Source: Antedon mediterranea (Eukaryota > Animalia > Echinodermata). From it: a stretch of 64,000 nucleotides of DNA. The notes beneath the pieces were generated by a model. It did no database searches. It was given only the letters and a program-made list of their open reading frames with translations, and was not told where the DNA came from. A program made the translations under genes and the position numbers. This document shows positions 24,784-40,700 of this stretch, in pieces; position 1 is the stretch's first letter; the number at the start of each line of letters is the position of its first letter. The DNA lies in NCBI RefSeq assembly GCF_964355755.1, contig NC_092676.1, forward strand, positions 22,214,871 through 22,278,870, given 5' to 3'.

Positions 24784-25573
24784 CACGTCTGGACTGCTAT
24801 AATTGTAACATAGCGCTAATGAACCTGGTCACTGGCAGCAGCGTCAGAAAGGATGTGACGATTGTTTGCGGAACTCGATCGTAACAGAAGCATGTAACAA
24901 TTTCACCAATTCATTTGCACATGAAGGTGGATAAATAAAGATATAAACCATTGTGCTAGTTCGAACAGTTAATTACACCAAGAATACGTGAAAGCACGTA
25001 AGTGGGCCGGTGAAGGTATTCGATATGGATCGGCTGTGAGATGCTGGTATGATATGAAATGAAATCAAATACGGGTGCATTAATTTCCGTTTTTTATCAA
25101 GTAAACTAGCAAAACAAATTTGAAAATTATAGATCATGTTTAAACTTCGGTTTAATTAAAACCATGAAAAGAAAACGGGTCGAGTCTACATCGCGTGCAT
25201 ATGTTGTTGTTTTGATGCCAGTATCTTTTCTGTTGAAAAGCAAATTAAGTTGATGTTGTTTATTTGTTTTTATTTTCCTTGACTAGTGAATGTCTCCAAA
25301 GCGCGTTAAAAATTAAAATAAATTATTTGAATAAATTTGGAGTAAATTTTATTTAAATTTCTGGTTGGTGAATATGAATTTTAAAAAATGACTTCTAAAA
25401 CACCATTATGGATATGACCTTATTATGTTGACTTTATTGTTTGTTCTATTTTTGTATAAATATATTCGCTATCATTCTTTTTTTTCTAATTTTTTTTGTG
25501 TGTGTGTGTGTGTGTGTTCGATTGTATAGAAAAAAAACAGAAAACCAGCAAATAAATCAAACAATTTTAATTA

Positions 25574-25742
25574 AGTCACATGCAAGTTACCTACAAGTCA
25601 CCTACAACACTGCCTACAAATTATATACAAGTTACCTACAGATACAAGTCAATACTACAAGTATCGCACAAATACCACACTAAGTTACTTACAAGTCACA
25701 CGAGTACTCACGTGTCGACTACAAGTCACTTCAAGTCAATAC
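25574..25742. repeat. Degenerate short-period repeat (AAGTYAC/CTACAAG)
   Basis: Repeated CTACAAGTCAC / AAGTTACCTACA words. Confidence 0.55.
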
Positions 25743-26164
25743 CTGCACATTGACTTATTGTTTTTGAACTATGCCTAAATCAGTATCCGTAACGGTAATT
25801 TGGCAAAATCTCCATTAGGGAACATTTCTATAAACATTACATAGGTTAATGTTTTACTGAACGCATCAATGGTGGCATGTTGTGTATTTACATTTAATCA
25901 ATGATCTAGCTAGACTTAATTAATCTTATTTGGAGAATCTGTGTCTTGACTTGAAAGTGATGTATACGATCCTGAATAAACACAAACCTTGGCTTACAAT
26001 GATAAAGTCTCAACTTTATTAAGAAAAAATTATAGCAGATTTTTAAATGCTTTTATATATTCTCAACTTATATTAAGAAATAATTATAGCAGAAGATATT
26101 GAAATGTTTTTTTATTTCAAATATTGACCCACTTCCTTTTACATTGTGTATCATTTATAAGGGT

Positions 26165-26395
26165 GTTTGACACAGTATGTTGGACGTTGGACTACTGAGC
26201 GTGAGTCGAGTTCGAATCCAACGCTCGTTCCGCATTGCTTGTTAAGTTTTCTCTCTCCACCCAGGTGAACAAATGGCTACCTGACAATGTCAAAACAATT
26301 GCGCTGATTACTATAACTGCATTATGGGACTATGTTTCCATACGTGTTTGATCCAAAAAAAGACAGGGTAGGCCTAATAATGTAAAACGCTATAT
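26165..26395 (+). mobile_element. Degenerate tRNA-derived SINE
   Basis: B box GTTCGAATCC at ~26210 followed by a CTCTCCACCCAGGTG...AATGGCTACC core-like segment. Confidence 0.45.
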
Positions 26396-29300
26396 ATTAT
26401 GAACAAATATTACTATCATTTAAAGTAAATATTTTTAGATTATAAATAATAAGAATATGGGCGCCTCTGTGTACTACTCACACAAACAACATGTGTATGC
26501 TAAGAAGAGCACTTGGTTCTCTAATATCTTTCAGCTAATCAAAAACTGTTATTCACAAACAATTACTTTGGTGTTCGATTCATAAATCTACAGTTTCGGT
26601 AGAGATAATTAAATTTCCATTAAAATAGATTACACCAGTTTTACAAAACCTTTTATTTATGTATTTGTGTCTGTCCATTCAAAGTAGTTTGAAATTGATC
26701 GGATCAACAGCCTTCACCATAATTATTATCAATCATCGTATCTTCTGAATTACGTTACCTGATACTGACTGGATCTAAAAAAAAAGTAAAAGAGTTTTGT
26801 GTTCCGTACTGCATTTGCGCAAGTAGTCTAGTCTCAAGTGTTACCCCGATGGAATTAACCTGGTAAACCCGAGAGACATATTTGACCGACAATCGACGCT
26901 CCTGATTTCCCGTTGGTGTCAAACCGATACATTTAATTAGTGATGGAACCGCATGCGATTTATTTTCCATACGTGACTTGCACATTTAGGTGCAATCGTT
27001 CTAAATTGTTACCAATTCATTGAATATAAAACCTCTCATCGACACAAAACATAAACATTGCATGCAGTATCACAAAATCGAACTTATAATCATTCAAAAT
27101 CAAAGAAAGGCCTATACAATGCTGACCTAACCGATTGGTCGAAGGAAAATGCGTTTTAAATAAAGGGTTTCATCCGTAACAACCTCCCCCCCCCCCCTCT
27201 ATTTTTTGCTGCACTTTTTTTTCGGATGATGAATGCATGTTAACAATAGTGCATCGCCTTTGTATGTAACAATAGATGGTATATAGAATACATTAGTTAA
27301 GTGTAATTTTCTCGTGATGTTTTTACACGCACATTTTGAAACACCAAAGAACCTAATTATAAGTTCGTTAATGTAACAGAAAACAACAATTGATTTATTA
27401 CAAATTGCTTTAGTCTCTTGTTGCAAAATGTCTCGACCGAATATAACAGATTCGATTTACCGTAGTAATCTAACTGTCAAAGGATATAAACACTTATATT
27501 AAAGGTAAGTGCTGAACGATCCTAATAAGGTGAAACTAATAAACGAATACAGCATATATAACCCTTTGGCCTTTAGATGAAAATAGCATTGGATTGCAAA
27601 GAAGACATTTCTAACTAAGAATAATAACAATAAAATTATAAATAACCGAAGGCGTTCTGGTCGTTTCTATAGCAACAAGATACAATAGAACCCCTTCTTT
27701 GGAACATTCCTATTCAGGGGACAATTCGAACGAGGAGAAACACATGTTTTAACACTACAGAAAACCGATATTTAGTAGTGGGGCCTGTTATGGCTCAAAT
27801 AAAAATACGTGAAAATAACATGAGGAAATAATATTACGGCAAACCTAATTCACGGGACATGCACACATATACTTTTTTTTCGTACAAAAGTTTGGGACCC
27901 CTCATGAAACTTCACAAAATCATACACATGAATAGTTTCCGATGCACTTTGGTGTCATGTAAGACTACAATTCGGTAATGATCGAGCTGTTAGTCGAATG
28001 GTTTAGATATGGGCTTTAGGCCTACATGTCGATTCGAATCCCATGAGCAACTTATTTTTACTTCGTGGTTAAGGAGAGATTATTTTGAAGGTTAGGTTAA
28101 GTTATAATTTAGGACGTATTTTCTTTCAAATAGACGGGTCCCCAACTAATTGAAAAAAAAAAACACTCGTTGCCATAAACGGCTGCGTTGAAGCTATTGT
28201 TTATATAGTCGATAACCGACAAAATAATGAAATAATAGCATATGTTCACTACTGTATAGTTTATTAACAAGTAAACACAGCATGCGACAATTACTTTTTT
28301 ATATATATAATTGTAATTCGAATTTTATTTTATTGACTAATTTGTTTAATCTATTATTTTCAGTTTAGCCTACATTAGAGTCACCATTATTATGATTATA
28401 CACCCACATGACGTAATATACTACAGTAGTATACTTCAAAATGAACCCCAGAAGGCACACTCACGTTTTGTTGGTGTTTTTTTATTATGGGCAGGAACAG
28501 TTCCAAAATGTTGGGAAAGGGGTTTAAACGCGGTTTCTTTTCACTTTTCAGACCTCTGGATCTGCTTCTTAGTTGGTTCTTATTACGGATAATAGTAGGC
28601 CTAGTATTGTGGTACAGTATGTTTTATGCTATCGCATTATGGTGAAGAATGTGGGTTCCACTAGAGTTGGAAACTACATAACATACTTAGTTAACATCTT
28701 TTTAGGGCTATACCACTAACAAAAATTAAGTTATCACAAACCATACAATGGCATGGCTAGGTTAACAAGTCATGTTAATAAAGTAATATCAAGAGTAAGA
28801 AAACCAACATTATAAGGGATCGTGTCAAAATGATTCTACTGGGGTAACTATTCAGTAGACAAATTTCGACGTGATCCCTTACCAGACCTATGTAAATATT
28901 TGGAAAGACAAAGCAACTATATTCTCTATACAAAATATACAATCTACACATAGAATTATTAATTAATAAGAACTATTAATTGCATTCAACATTGGAATTA
29001 TTTTTTATGTTTACTTTGGACTAGAAACATAACATAATTATGACATAAAATAAAATAGATATGAATTGCTATCATTATAAACATTGAACTAGTACATTTA
29101 CGATAAATTAGGATATGATGATCATAAACAATACAATACTAAATGTTTATATTAAATTATTATCTAAACACACACTTTTTTCTGTGGGAGATTTTCGAAC
29201 ATGAAAACGTAATTAAGTCACAATTACGGCAGTAATTCTATTACATGATTATATGCAGTAAATTAGCAATGTCTGAATGTTATAAAAAGAAAACTATAAA

Positions 29301-30277
29301 GAAATACAAATGAATACAAACATAGAAAATCTTAGATCACACATCTTGTTTTGTAAAAAAAAAAGCTGATATGATGGTAAAATAGCCAGGGATGGAAAAC
29401 AATATTACATTCTATAAATAATAATTTTTAATAAGTAGAGTAATTATTTCATTTTATCCATTATTAAAATAACTATTACAAATAAATTTATTTTAATACA
29501 GTGTTTTAATTATATAGCTTATCCACCATAAATCTAAATTATTTTATTATAATAATAATACGGATTATAATAAAACAGTAATGATAATTATACATATATC
29601 TCGCCTATGAATACATTAATTTGAACTTTGACCTGGTTACCACCTACAGTACAAATGTAAAACACACACAATTTCATCTTGTATATCATACCTTTAACTA
29701 CAGTATAATGTATATTAATTTGTTCCATTATTTCATATATTATCTCTTATTTCTTGGTCCAATTTTCTGATTCTGTGATGTCAAATATGAAATAGATGCA
29801 AGAACTAGAGAGGGCATACTGTAAATTTAGAACTTGACGTGGATATTCTTCTTATAAAACCAACCAAACAAGATGGTTTTATAAAAGAACAAAAAGGTAT
29901 GCTTTGTCAGAAACAATATATTGTTGTATAAGACAAAGATCACATTGCAATTAATTAATTATGATTTTATTGGCGATTAGACCTCAACTAATCAGTGCTT
30001 TTGAAATGCGTTGATATCCTTTCATGGGTTGGAAATGAGTTGTGATGTTGGGGCAATCGGGTGTGACCATTGCAACAAATCATCGCATGCCAGAATTCAG
30101 TATTAGAATCTACTTAGCAGACAAAACAAGCAGAAGCGTTTTCAGTACTGAAAAATAAAATATTCATGTCAAGGTTTTAAGAGAGTATAAGAAATGTGTA
30201 TTGTATTGCGAAATTTACCAACCACATCGGCCCTCTAGTTCTTGTACTATCTATTGCAACAATCAACCAAATACAAT

Positions 30278-32718
<2,441 letters not shown>

Positions 32719-33567
32719 TTCTTTTAAACTTGAAATAAATAACAACTTTAGTATAGAATTATATTCTTATTGCATAGCATATTCTTATTTTATTGCAAAT
32801 AAAAATTTGTCAAAATAATTATTCAATTTCAAGCGGCATGCTCACACCAGAATTTGCTAGCCCTGTCTGCAGGCGTCATACGCTTTGCAATTACACACAA
32901 AACTAATATTAATACTTTACCTAGATCACACCCGATAGCGTATACTACGCCAGCTTTGGTGCAGCCTTACCCCGTTTAATACGTGTGAACACACTCTAAC
33001 CCAGGTCCCTCCCTGTTTTGTTTTCACACACACAATCACCGTACCGTATGGTGGATGGATGCCTGGTCATCACATTCACTGTGTACTGCGTGTTTAGCAA
33101 CTAAATCCTAGCAGCCCAGTGCAGACAGATTATTCATAGTGCAAAATATAACAGAATGAAATGAATGAAATTTAAAATACCTTAATTATAAAATAAAAAC
33201 TTTACAAAAAATAATTCGGTCTGCCCAGCGTGACTCTGCAGCTGCTGTGTGTACTTTCAACAACCTACAGTACTTTCCACCTTACCGTAAAGCGAGAGGG
33301 CGCTATTGATATTGGTGGGACATTATTTGGTACATAATTGGCTACCTAAAATAGAATCAGAGTAGCTGTAAATTAATTATATGGAACGGACGGAATCGGG
33401 GACGGAATTCGAGAAATAAAAACAAGTCAACCGTAATTTGTGGAAAGTCGACCCCACCCTATGATTACGAAAACAATGACGTATTATTTTTAGTTAAAAT
33501 GTAAAAGATACTAAAAACAAGCCTCTTCGAGCACTAGGAGGCCTAGCCTACCACTTTTTGTTGTGAC

Positions 33568-34384
33568 TGTTATGCGCGATTTGAACGATTTGCGCAATTT
33601 GAAATTGCGCAAAAAAAATCCTTGCGCAATTTGAATTGAAACATGTGTTTCAAATTGCGCAAGCAACGTATTAAATTGCGCAAGTAATCTGCAAATTGCG
33701 CAAGGTTTTTCGACAGATTGTGAAATCATGCACACCCATATTTTTATAGTAATTTCTAAGAATGATTCAAAATTAAAGATAAATATCGCATTTCCTTATT
33801 TTAGTAGTGCAAATATTGTTATAAGTTAGCATACCGTCGAAGAACCGACGAAGGAAAACGAAGCGGTGGTGTTCCACCAGGCGGGCGCGGCGCGGGCGGC
33901 CGGCTATACTACTCTAGCCTAGCTAGGGTCTGGACTACTGATACTGACAAGGTTACATGGCCTAGCTTAAACTAATATTAAAAACTTAATTTTTACATTT
34001 ATTTTGATTTATTTCAAGTTACAGTGATAATATTATTTAATTGTAATAATAAATGTTATGTATTTATTATACACATGTTATCTTCGCGTTTATTTTTTTA
34101 GTTTCCAATAAAAATTTACAGTTCGTTTTCAAATTGCGCAAAGGTGTCATATTGCGCAAGAACTATCTTGCGCAATTTACAAATTGTGCAGCGCAATTTA
34201 AAATTGCGCAAAGATTTTCTTGCGCAATTTGAAATTGCGCAAGTTGATTGCGCAATTTGAAATTGCGCAAAAAAATCCTTGCGCAATTTGAAATTGCGCA
34301 AGAATTCTTTGCGCAATTTGAAATTGCGCAAGGATTTTTTTGCGCAATTTCAAATTGCGCAAATCGTTCAAATCGCGCATAACA
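33568..34384. mobile_element. Ginger-like non-autonomous DNA element between HTATIP2 and PAXIP1
   Basis: TGT...ACA termini, long TIRs (TGTTATGCGCGATTTGAACGATTTGCGCAATTTGAAATTGCGCAA), 4-bp TSD TGAC, and about 20 TTGCGCAA palindromes. Confidence 0.75.
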
Positions 34385-34724
34385 TGACGACGAGTGTCGC
34401 GCGTTTTCCCCAGAACCATAGTTGGTTACCGGTTATGTATCAAACTTTTACCTCTGAGAGTGCTGTTTCCCTTCAATATTGCCAGAAATGAAAAAATATA
34501 TAATTACAGTAAAACATACTTTAGATATTCTGCTTTATCTTAAAATATACATTAGACAATTTTTTTTAAAGTTTTATTTACATTTCCCTTATTGTTTAGA
34601 TAACGAGGTATGCTTTAATTGAAAATGTATATAAACTAGACTCAAACATCTGGCAATTTTGTTTGCGCGCTATGTTGTTTGATGCATGTTATGACTTCTA
34701 TTTAGACTTTAATTTTTATAAATT

Positions 34725-37700
34725 ATGGATTCTGCGAAAGATTCCGTAGTTGATAAAGTTCCTGATGGCTTTTTTGAGAACATGAAATATTATTTTATTG
34801 GAAATGTTGATGATAAGGTAAGAAACTGTTTTTAAAATACATTTTTTATGATATTTTCGCAAGCTGTGTTGGCTAGGGCCTACTAGCTAGCTAGGCTACT
34901 CGCTCGGCTTGCAGCTAGCAGTAGCAGCAGGGCCCGGGGGAGGATAGGCCAATCTGCATATAGGTTGTGTACTAGAGGCTAGGCCTAGATCATTCAAGTT
35001 CACTCAGTTGAGTAATTTTAAGACATTTTGTTGGGAATAAATAGGTCTTATGTATGCTAGGCCTAAGTAAGTAATTATTTTCTTGCTTGTTAGGCCTTAC
35101 GGTGAAGATGAAAACATTTTTTCTTGTTCCTCATTAAGCATAATAAGTGAACTCTCTTGATTCATATACATAAAAATAAATTAATCACGTATTAAAAAGT
35201 TCCACGAAAATTTTCCTGACATTTTAAAGAAATCTTGATTTTAAAAGTATAAAAGAATATATTTTCGCAGTTGCCATTTTGTATCACATGACATCAGTTA
35301 AACCAATCATACGCGACGTTTAGGCAGCAGACGTCAAAATCAGCACGATGTAAACACGAAATGGCGTCCGACGAGGAAGGATCTTCTCGCTCAGACAAAG
35401 TAAAGTTGAAATGTTTTTTCCAAATTTACAAGCATTCAAATGAAATTATCAGTCCAATTACTGAGATTCGATGGAATAAAGTGTTGCTCTGTTCAAAGAG
35501 TTGGATAAAATTAGATGGAGACGGCAAGGAAATCGCCATACATTTGACGGAGCTTGGTATGTCTGATGAAGGTAAATCGTTTGACGATGTCGTACGCGAG
35601 CATCCAGGCTTAGGTTTTCATGCTACCTGTTACAGGCGATATACTGATACATCTCGACTAAAAAAGGTAATATTTGGTTTATTATTATCAGAATACTCTA
35701 AGAGTTAATAATATAGTTAAATGATACAGTATATAGGGTGCTACTGCACTTACTTATAGATCTATATTGTGCCCTTATTAGTTTCTGTGCTTGGTTGTTG
35801 ATTGGGCTTTCTACTAGTACCAGTACTACTACGTAGGCCTAGGCCCTAGGCCTAGGCCATATTATATTATACAGTATATATTATTCAGTAGGCTACAAAA
35901 TTAATTTTAGTTAAATACCAATATAGGCTCTATATAAGACAAAATAAAATGCTGTATAAATTAATTATACGTTGAAATTGATGTTTAGGCTGAAACAAGA
36001 GTTGCCAAAAAGAGATCCCAAGCAGGAGACAGTGAGAGCCCAGATGAGCCACCAGTTAAGAGGGCCAAGCATTTTTTGAGAAGTAGTTCAGCCACAGCAA
36101 TGGTTCAAAAAGCCACAATTTTGCCAAAGAAATGTATCATTTGTAAATTGCAAGACAAATTAGTGACGATCCAAGGCAAAAGAGGTCATGATAAATTAAA
36201 AAAGGCTTTAACAGATGATGCAGGTAATTATTTGAAGAAAAAAAATTCACTTGTTATTGTTGTTTCTCCTATCCTTGAAATTTGTAAACATATGGTTAAT
36301 TAATCAATCTGCTTTCTAATCCCCATCCTATAATGAGTTTTGCAGGCTCAACTGATGTAATCCAATTAGAAAACCTTCCTACTGTACAGCATAATGAGGT
36401 GTTCCAGGACATTTCTTCCATGTGAACCTTTGCTATATAGTGTAATCATGGAGCTATACATTTTATATCTCCATGCTGTAGTTATGCATAACAAAATATC
36501 ATTTCAATCATTTAGGAATTACACACTATTGCTTTTGTTGATTTGATTTATGACAGGAATGTTGCGAAAAGCTGCAGAAATGAGAGAGGACGAAAGTATT
36601 TTAAAAGACATTCGAGGCAAAAGCTGTGCTTGTATTGAAGTGCGATATCATGACCAATGTTACAAAAACTACACCAAAATAGTTGTTAATTCACGTAAAC
36701 GACATGATTCTGGAAAGTGAGTAAAACGTAACTTTCTAAAACTCTGTTGGTTTTTTAAATTTACATTTTAAATTTTTTTTTTATTTGCTTCAGTCTAAAT
36801 GTTGAATTTTTAAACACCAAAATCTATAAAATATTAAAATATATTTTAATAATACAGTATTTATTATTATTTACAGGGAATTGGAAAGTGTTTTTTTAAC
36901 ATATAAGCAAAGCTATAAGGTATTTTGCAGAGATGTAATTGATAAACGGTTACAGTATGGACAGGAGATACTAAGACTCGCAAAACTCCAAAAGCTTTTC
37001 ATGAAATCAATTGAAAAAACAGAAAAAGTTTACTTGTCAACTATAAGGTAGGCTGTCGATCCCTTCTTAAAAACGATGAAATAATTTTGTAATATTTTTG
37101 AGATCCAGTTACTGTAATAATTTCTTCATTTTATCTGTGTTACAATTAATTATAATCAATTAATGTGTTATTTATAGATCAGACGTGTTGAAGAAGAAGC
37201 TCAGGATGGATTATCCTAACCTAATTTTTCATTCACCCACAAGAAGGTTAGTTGCTTAGTGTGTTTATATTAAATGATTATTTCACCAGGGATAATTTAA
37301 AAAAAAAATCTTTTTGTGGATTGGTCAAACTAAATATTTTATTTATTTTTTCTTAATTAGAAATGAATCAGTTCTGGTGTACTTTAGCAATGTATCCCCA
37401 GGATTTGTGGCTGATCCATTTTTGTCATCAGGAAAAAGTACAACGGAGACAGATGAATCATCAAAGTATGACATAGATATTCCAACTACTTCTACAACAC
37501 ACGAAATCTCCACTGATGGTGACAATAGAGACAAACTAAGGACTCTATATTTTGCAGGTACGGTTAAAATACAATAACTTGTATATATTGGTTTATTTTT
37601 AAATAACAACAATAAATGTTATTGCATAATTAAGGAAATGCTGTGGATCAAAGAGGTGAAAGCTGTATGCACTCAAAAAACAAAACTGTTATGATAGTAA

Positions 37701-40700
37701 GTGGTGTCGATCATAAATGCTGTACACAATACAGTATATGCTTTATATAAATTTATTATTACTATGTTTCATTCACCCAATGCTATAAAATGTACTTGCA
37801 GGTACGATAGTAAATAATGCCATCAAATCAAACAAAGGTATGCAGAGTGAATGGCCTCCAAGAGCAGCGGACATTAATGATGTTGACATATCTGAAATTG
37901 TGCCATATGAGTTGTTTAATCTAATCGCAAAGTGTGTTGGTGCTGCAGAAGATACTATACAAACCTCATTTTCAGATGTTACTGAAGAAACTCGAACGAA
38001 AATTTTATCGATATGCCAGGACATCCTGTACCTTGCTTGGAAAGGAAGAAGGCAGACTCCAAAGTCACTTGCTCTAGGATTAACTGTTCGAGTGTGAATG
38101 AGATGAGTGTGAAAACAGGACAAGAGAAGAAGAAGAAGAAAAAGAAGACACACCAGACTATGGCATTGAAGATGATGAATTAGACTATGGTGAATTAGAC
38201 TATGAGGAAGATGAATATGAAATATAGTTTATACGGTTTTGAATGCAACAAAATCATCATAAAAAGTAACTGTAATGTAATAGGCCTACACTATAACCAA
38301 TGTGAAACACTAACCATGGTTATGCAAACAGAAACTGTGAGCATGTGAATAAAAAAAAAGATTTAAAAAAAATGAAAACAAAATGGAAACCATGAGAATA
38401 TAAATAAATAATATAACCATGAGAATATAATAATAAAAACTGTAACCATGAGAATATAAATAAATAATGTAACCACGAGAATATAATAATAAAAACTGTA
38501 ACCATGAGAATATAAATAAATAATTTAACCATGAGAATATAATAATAAAAACTGTAACCATGAGAATATAAAGAAAAATAGTAACTATGAGAATATAAAG
38601 AAATTGTGTAACCATTAAAAGAAATTGTGTAACCATGAGAATATAAAGAAAAATATTAACCATGAGAATAAATACAATTACATTGAAACAAAACAAATAT
38701 TTGATGTTTGTATTTTATTTAATAATTTAAATTTACTATTGCATTGGTGTTTATTACTAGGAATATGTGTTCTATATGTTTCACAGTTAAATCATATCAG
38801 TCACTCTGTACATCCTACGGTATAAACTTCGCATAATATTGCTGCTGTATTTCTACTGCTATTAATAGCCTACCTGTCGGGAGAAACCATTATACGAACA
38901 GTTGAAGCCATTTGTAATTATAAATGTTTTAATGTCGGGGGATAATTATTAACTCTAAATTTTAATTTTAGAGTTAATATAAATTTGTATTCACCAAATT
39001 TATTTAAAAAAATAAAGAATAAATCTATTTTGATATTAAATAACTTGCCTATATATTTCTTATAAACCGTGATAATAATAGTACAGTCTAGTTATAGTGC
39101 GCCACCAGTTGTTTCAGCCTCGCTATTTCGTAAGAAATCGTTGGCATATTTACCAATTTTAACGGTAATTTTCTACCAAACGCCAGGTATTTTTTTGTGG
39201 AACTTTTACTTTTTGTACTATTAGTATTTATTTAGAACAGTATATGTGGTAAAAAAGTATTATGCTTGATGAGGAACGGGATTGCTTTTCCAGGCATCAT
39301 TTCAGCTTCGCCGTAAGGCCTATGTGTTGTGTGTTGAATGAAGCAATTTTAAATTGGTAATTTTGCGTGCACAAACAATTTAGGCCTAGGCCTAGAAGTT
39401 CTAAGTTTAAAAAAAAGCCGAACGAACACGAATAATAATATTTAATAAAGCCGCCTATGCCTAGGCCTAGTTTATAAATATTACAATTTGTTACAATTTA
39501 ATTTGATAGACATTTAGTAATAGTAATACATACTGTATGTTATGCGCGATTTGAACGATTTGCGCAATTTAAAATTGCGCAAAAAAATCCTTGCGCAATT
39601 TGAAATTGCGCAAAGAATTCTTGCGCAATTTAAAATTGCGCAAGGATTTTTTTGCGCAATTTTAAATTGCGCTGCACAATTTGTAAATTGCGCAAGATAC
39701 TTCTTGCGCAATATGACACCTTTGCGCAATTTGAAAACGAACTGTAAATTTTCCCATACATGGCTAGGCTAGGCCTAGGCAGAGGAGTTTAAAATTTAGT
39801 ATTTTATTATATAGGGTAAATAAGACCATTTCAATGAAGATAATGTTAATACTCACTTTTTAAGTTTTTAATATTAGTTTAAGCTAGGCCATGTAACCTA
39901 GTCAGTATCAGTAGTCCAGACCCTAGCAAGGCTAGAGTAGTAGGCCTATAGCCGGCCGCCCGTGCCGCGCCCGCCTGGTGGAACACCACCGCTTCGTTTT
40001 CCTTCGTCGGTTCTTCGACGGTATGCTAACTTATAACAATATTTGCACTACTAAAATAAGGAAATGCGATATTTATCTTTAATTTTGAATCATTCTTAGA
40101 AATTACTATAAAAATATGGGTGTGCATGATTTCACAATCTGTCGAAAAACCTTGCGCAATTTGCAGATTACTTGCGCAATTTAATACGTTGCTTGCGCAA
40201 TTTGAAACACATGTTTCAATTCAAATTGCGCAAGGATTATTTTTGTGTAATTTCAAATTGCGCAAATCGTTCAAATCGCGCATAACACATATACAGTGTA
40301 CTGTAGCATAGCAAAAAGCTATAGTATACAAAACAACCTTATTGCTACACATTTTGAAAATTGTGTAGCAAAAAATACAATACAAAAATCAGTTTAGCAA
40401 CATTGCCAAACAAAATGTTTCAATGAAATTTTTCCCTGGTACAGTAATAGTATAGACTAACTATTAGTAATACTATACCTACTGTAGCCTTGGTCCTAGC
40501 CGCAGCGTAGTTTAATATATAATAATTCAACATAAAAAAGTAAAATCAACTTACTTAATACATGCTTCTTTTGTGTTTTTTTTTTAGATTCAGGAGCTTT
40601 TAGATAAAGGTGGAGGAAAGCAAGATTCATACCTGACTGGTCTGGTGACTTTGGTGATAGCAGACACCGAAGAAAATGACCATCCAGAAATTAGTGAAGC

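Larger units (their letters stand above)
35091..39322 (+). mobile_element. Internally deleted Academ-type DNA transposon in PAXIP1 intron 1
   Basis: Termini TAGGCCTTACGGTGAAGATGAAA / TTTCAGCTTCGCCGTAAGGCCTA with further matching subterminal blocks (GTTCCTCAT.AAGCATAATA, AAAAGTTCCAC), and a 3-bp TSD TGT. Contains a transposase-like gene. Confidence 0.8.

Noticed and set aside
24800-30200. Possible hidden gene in the GPCR-HTATIP2 intergenic region
   Set aside because: Only short low-complexity ORFs and repeat fragments were found, with no coherent exon chain or recognisable domain.
33511-34491. ORFs with LRNFKLRK / AQFQIAQ repeats (also 39514-40311)
   Set aside because: They are by-products of the TTGCGCAA palindromic array in the MITE TIRs.
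38310-38696. Hydrophobic repetitive ORFs resembling membrane proteins
   Set aside because: They are translations of the AT-rich minisatellite.
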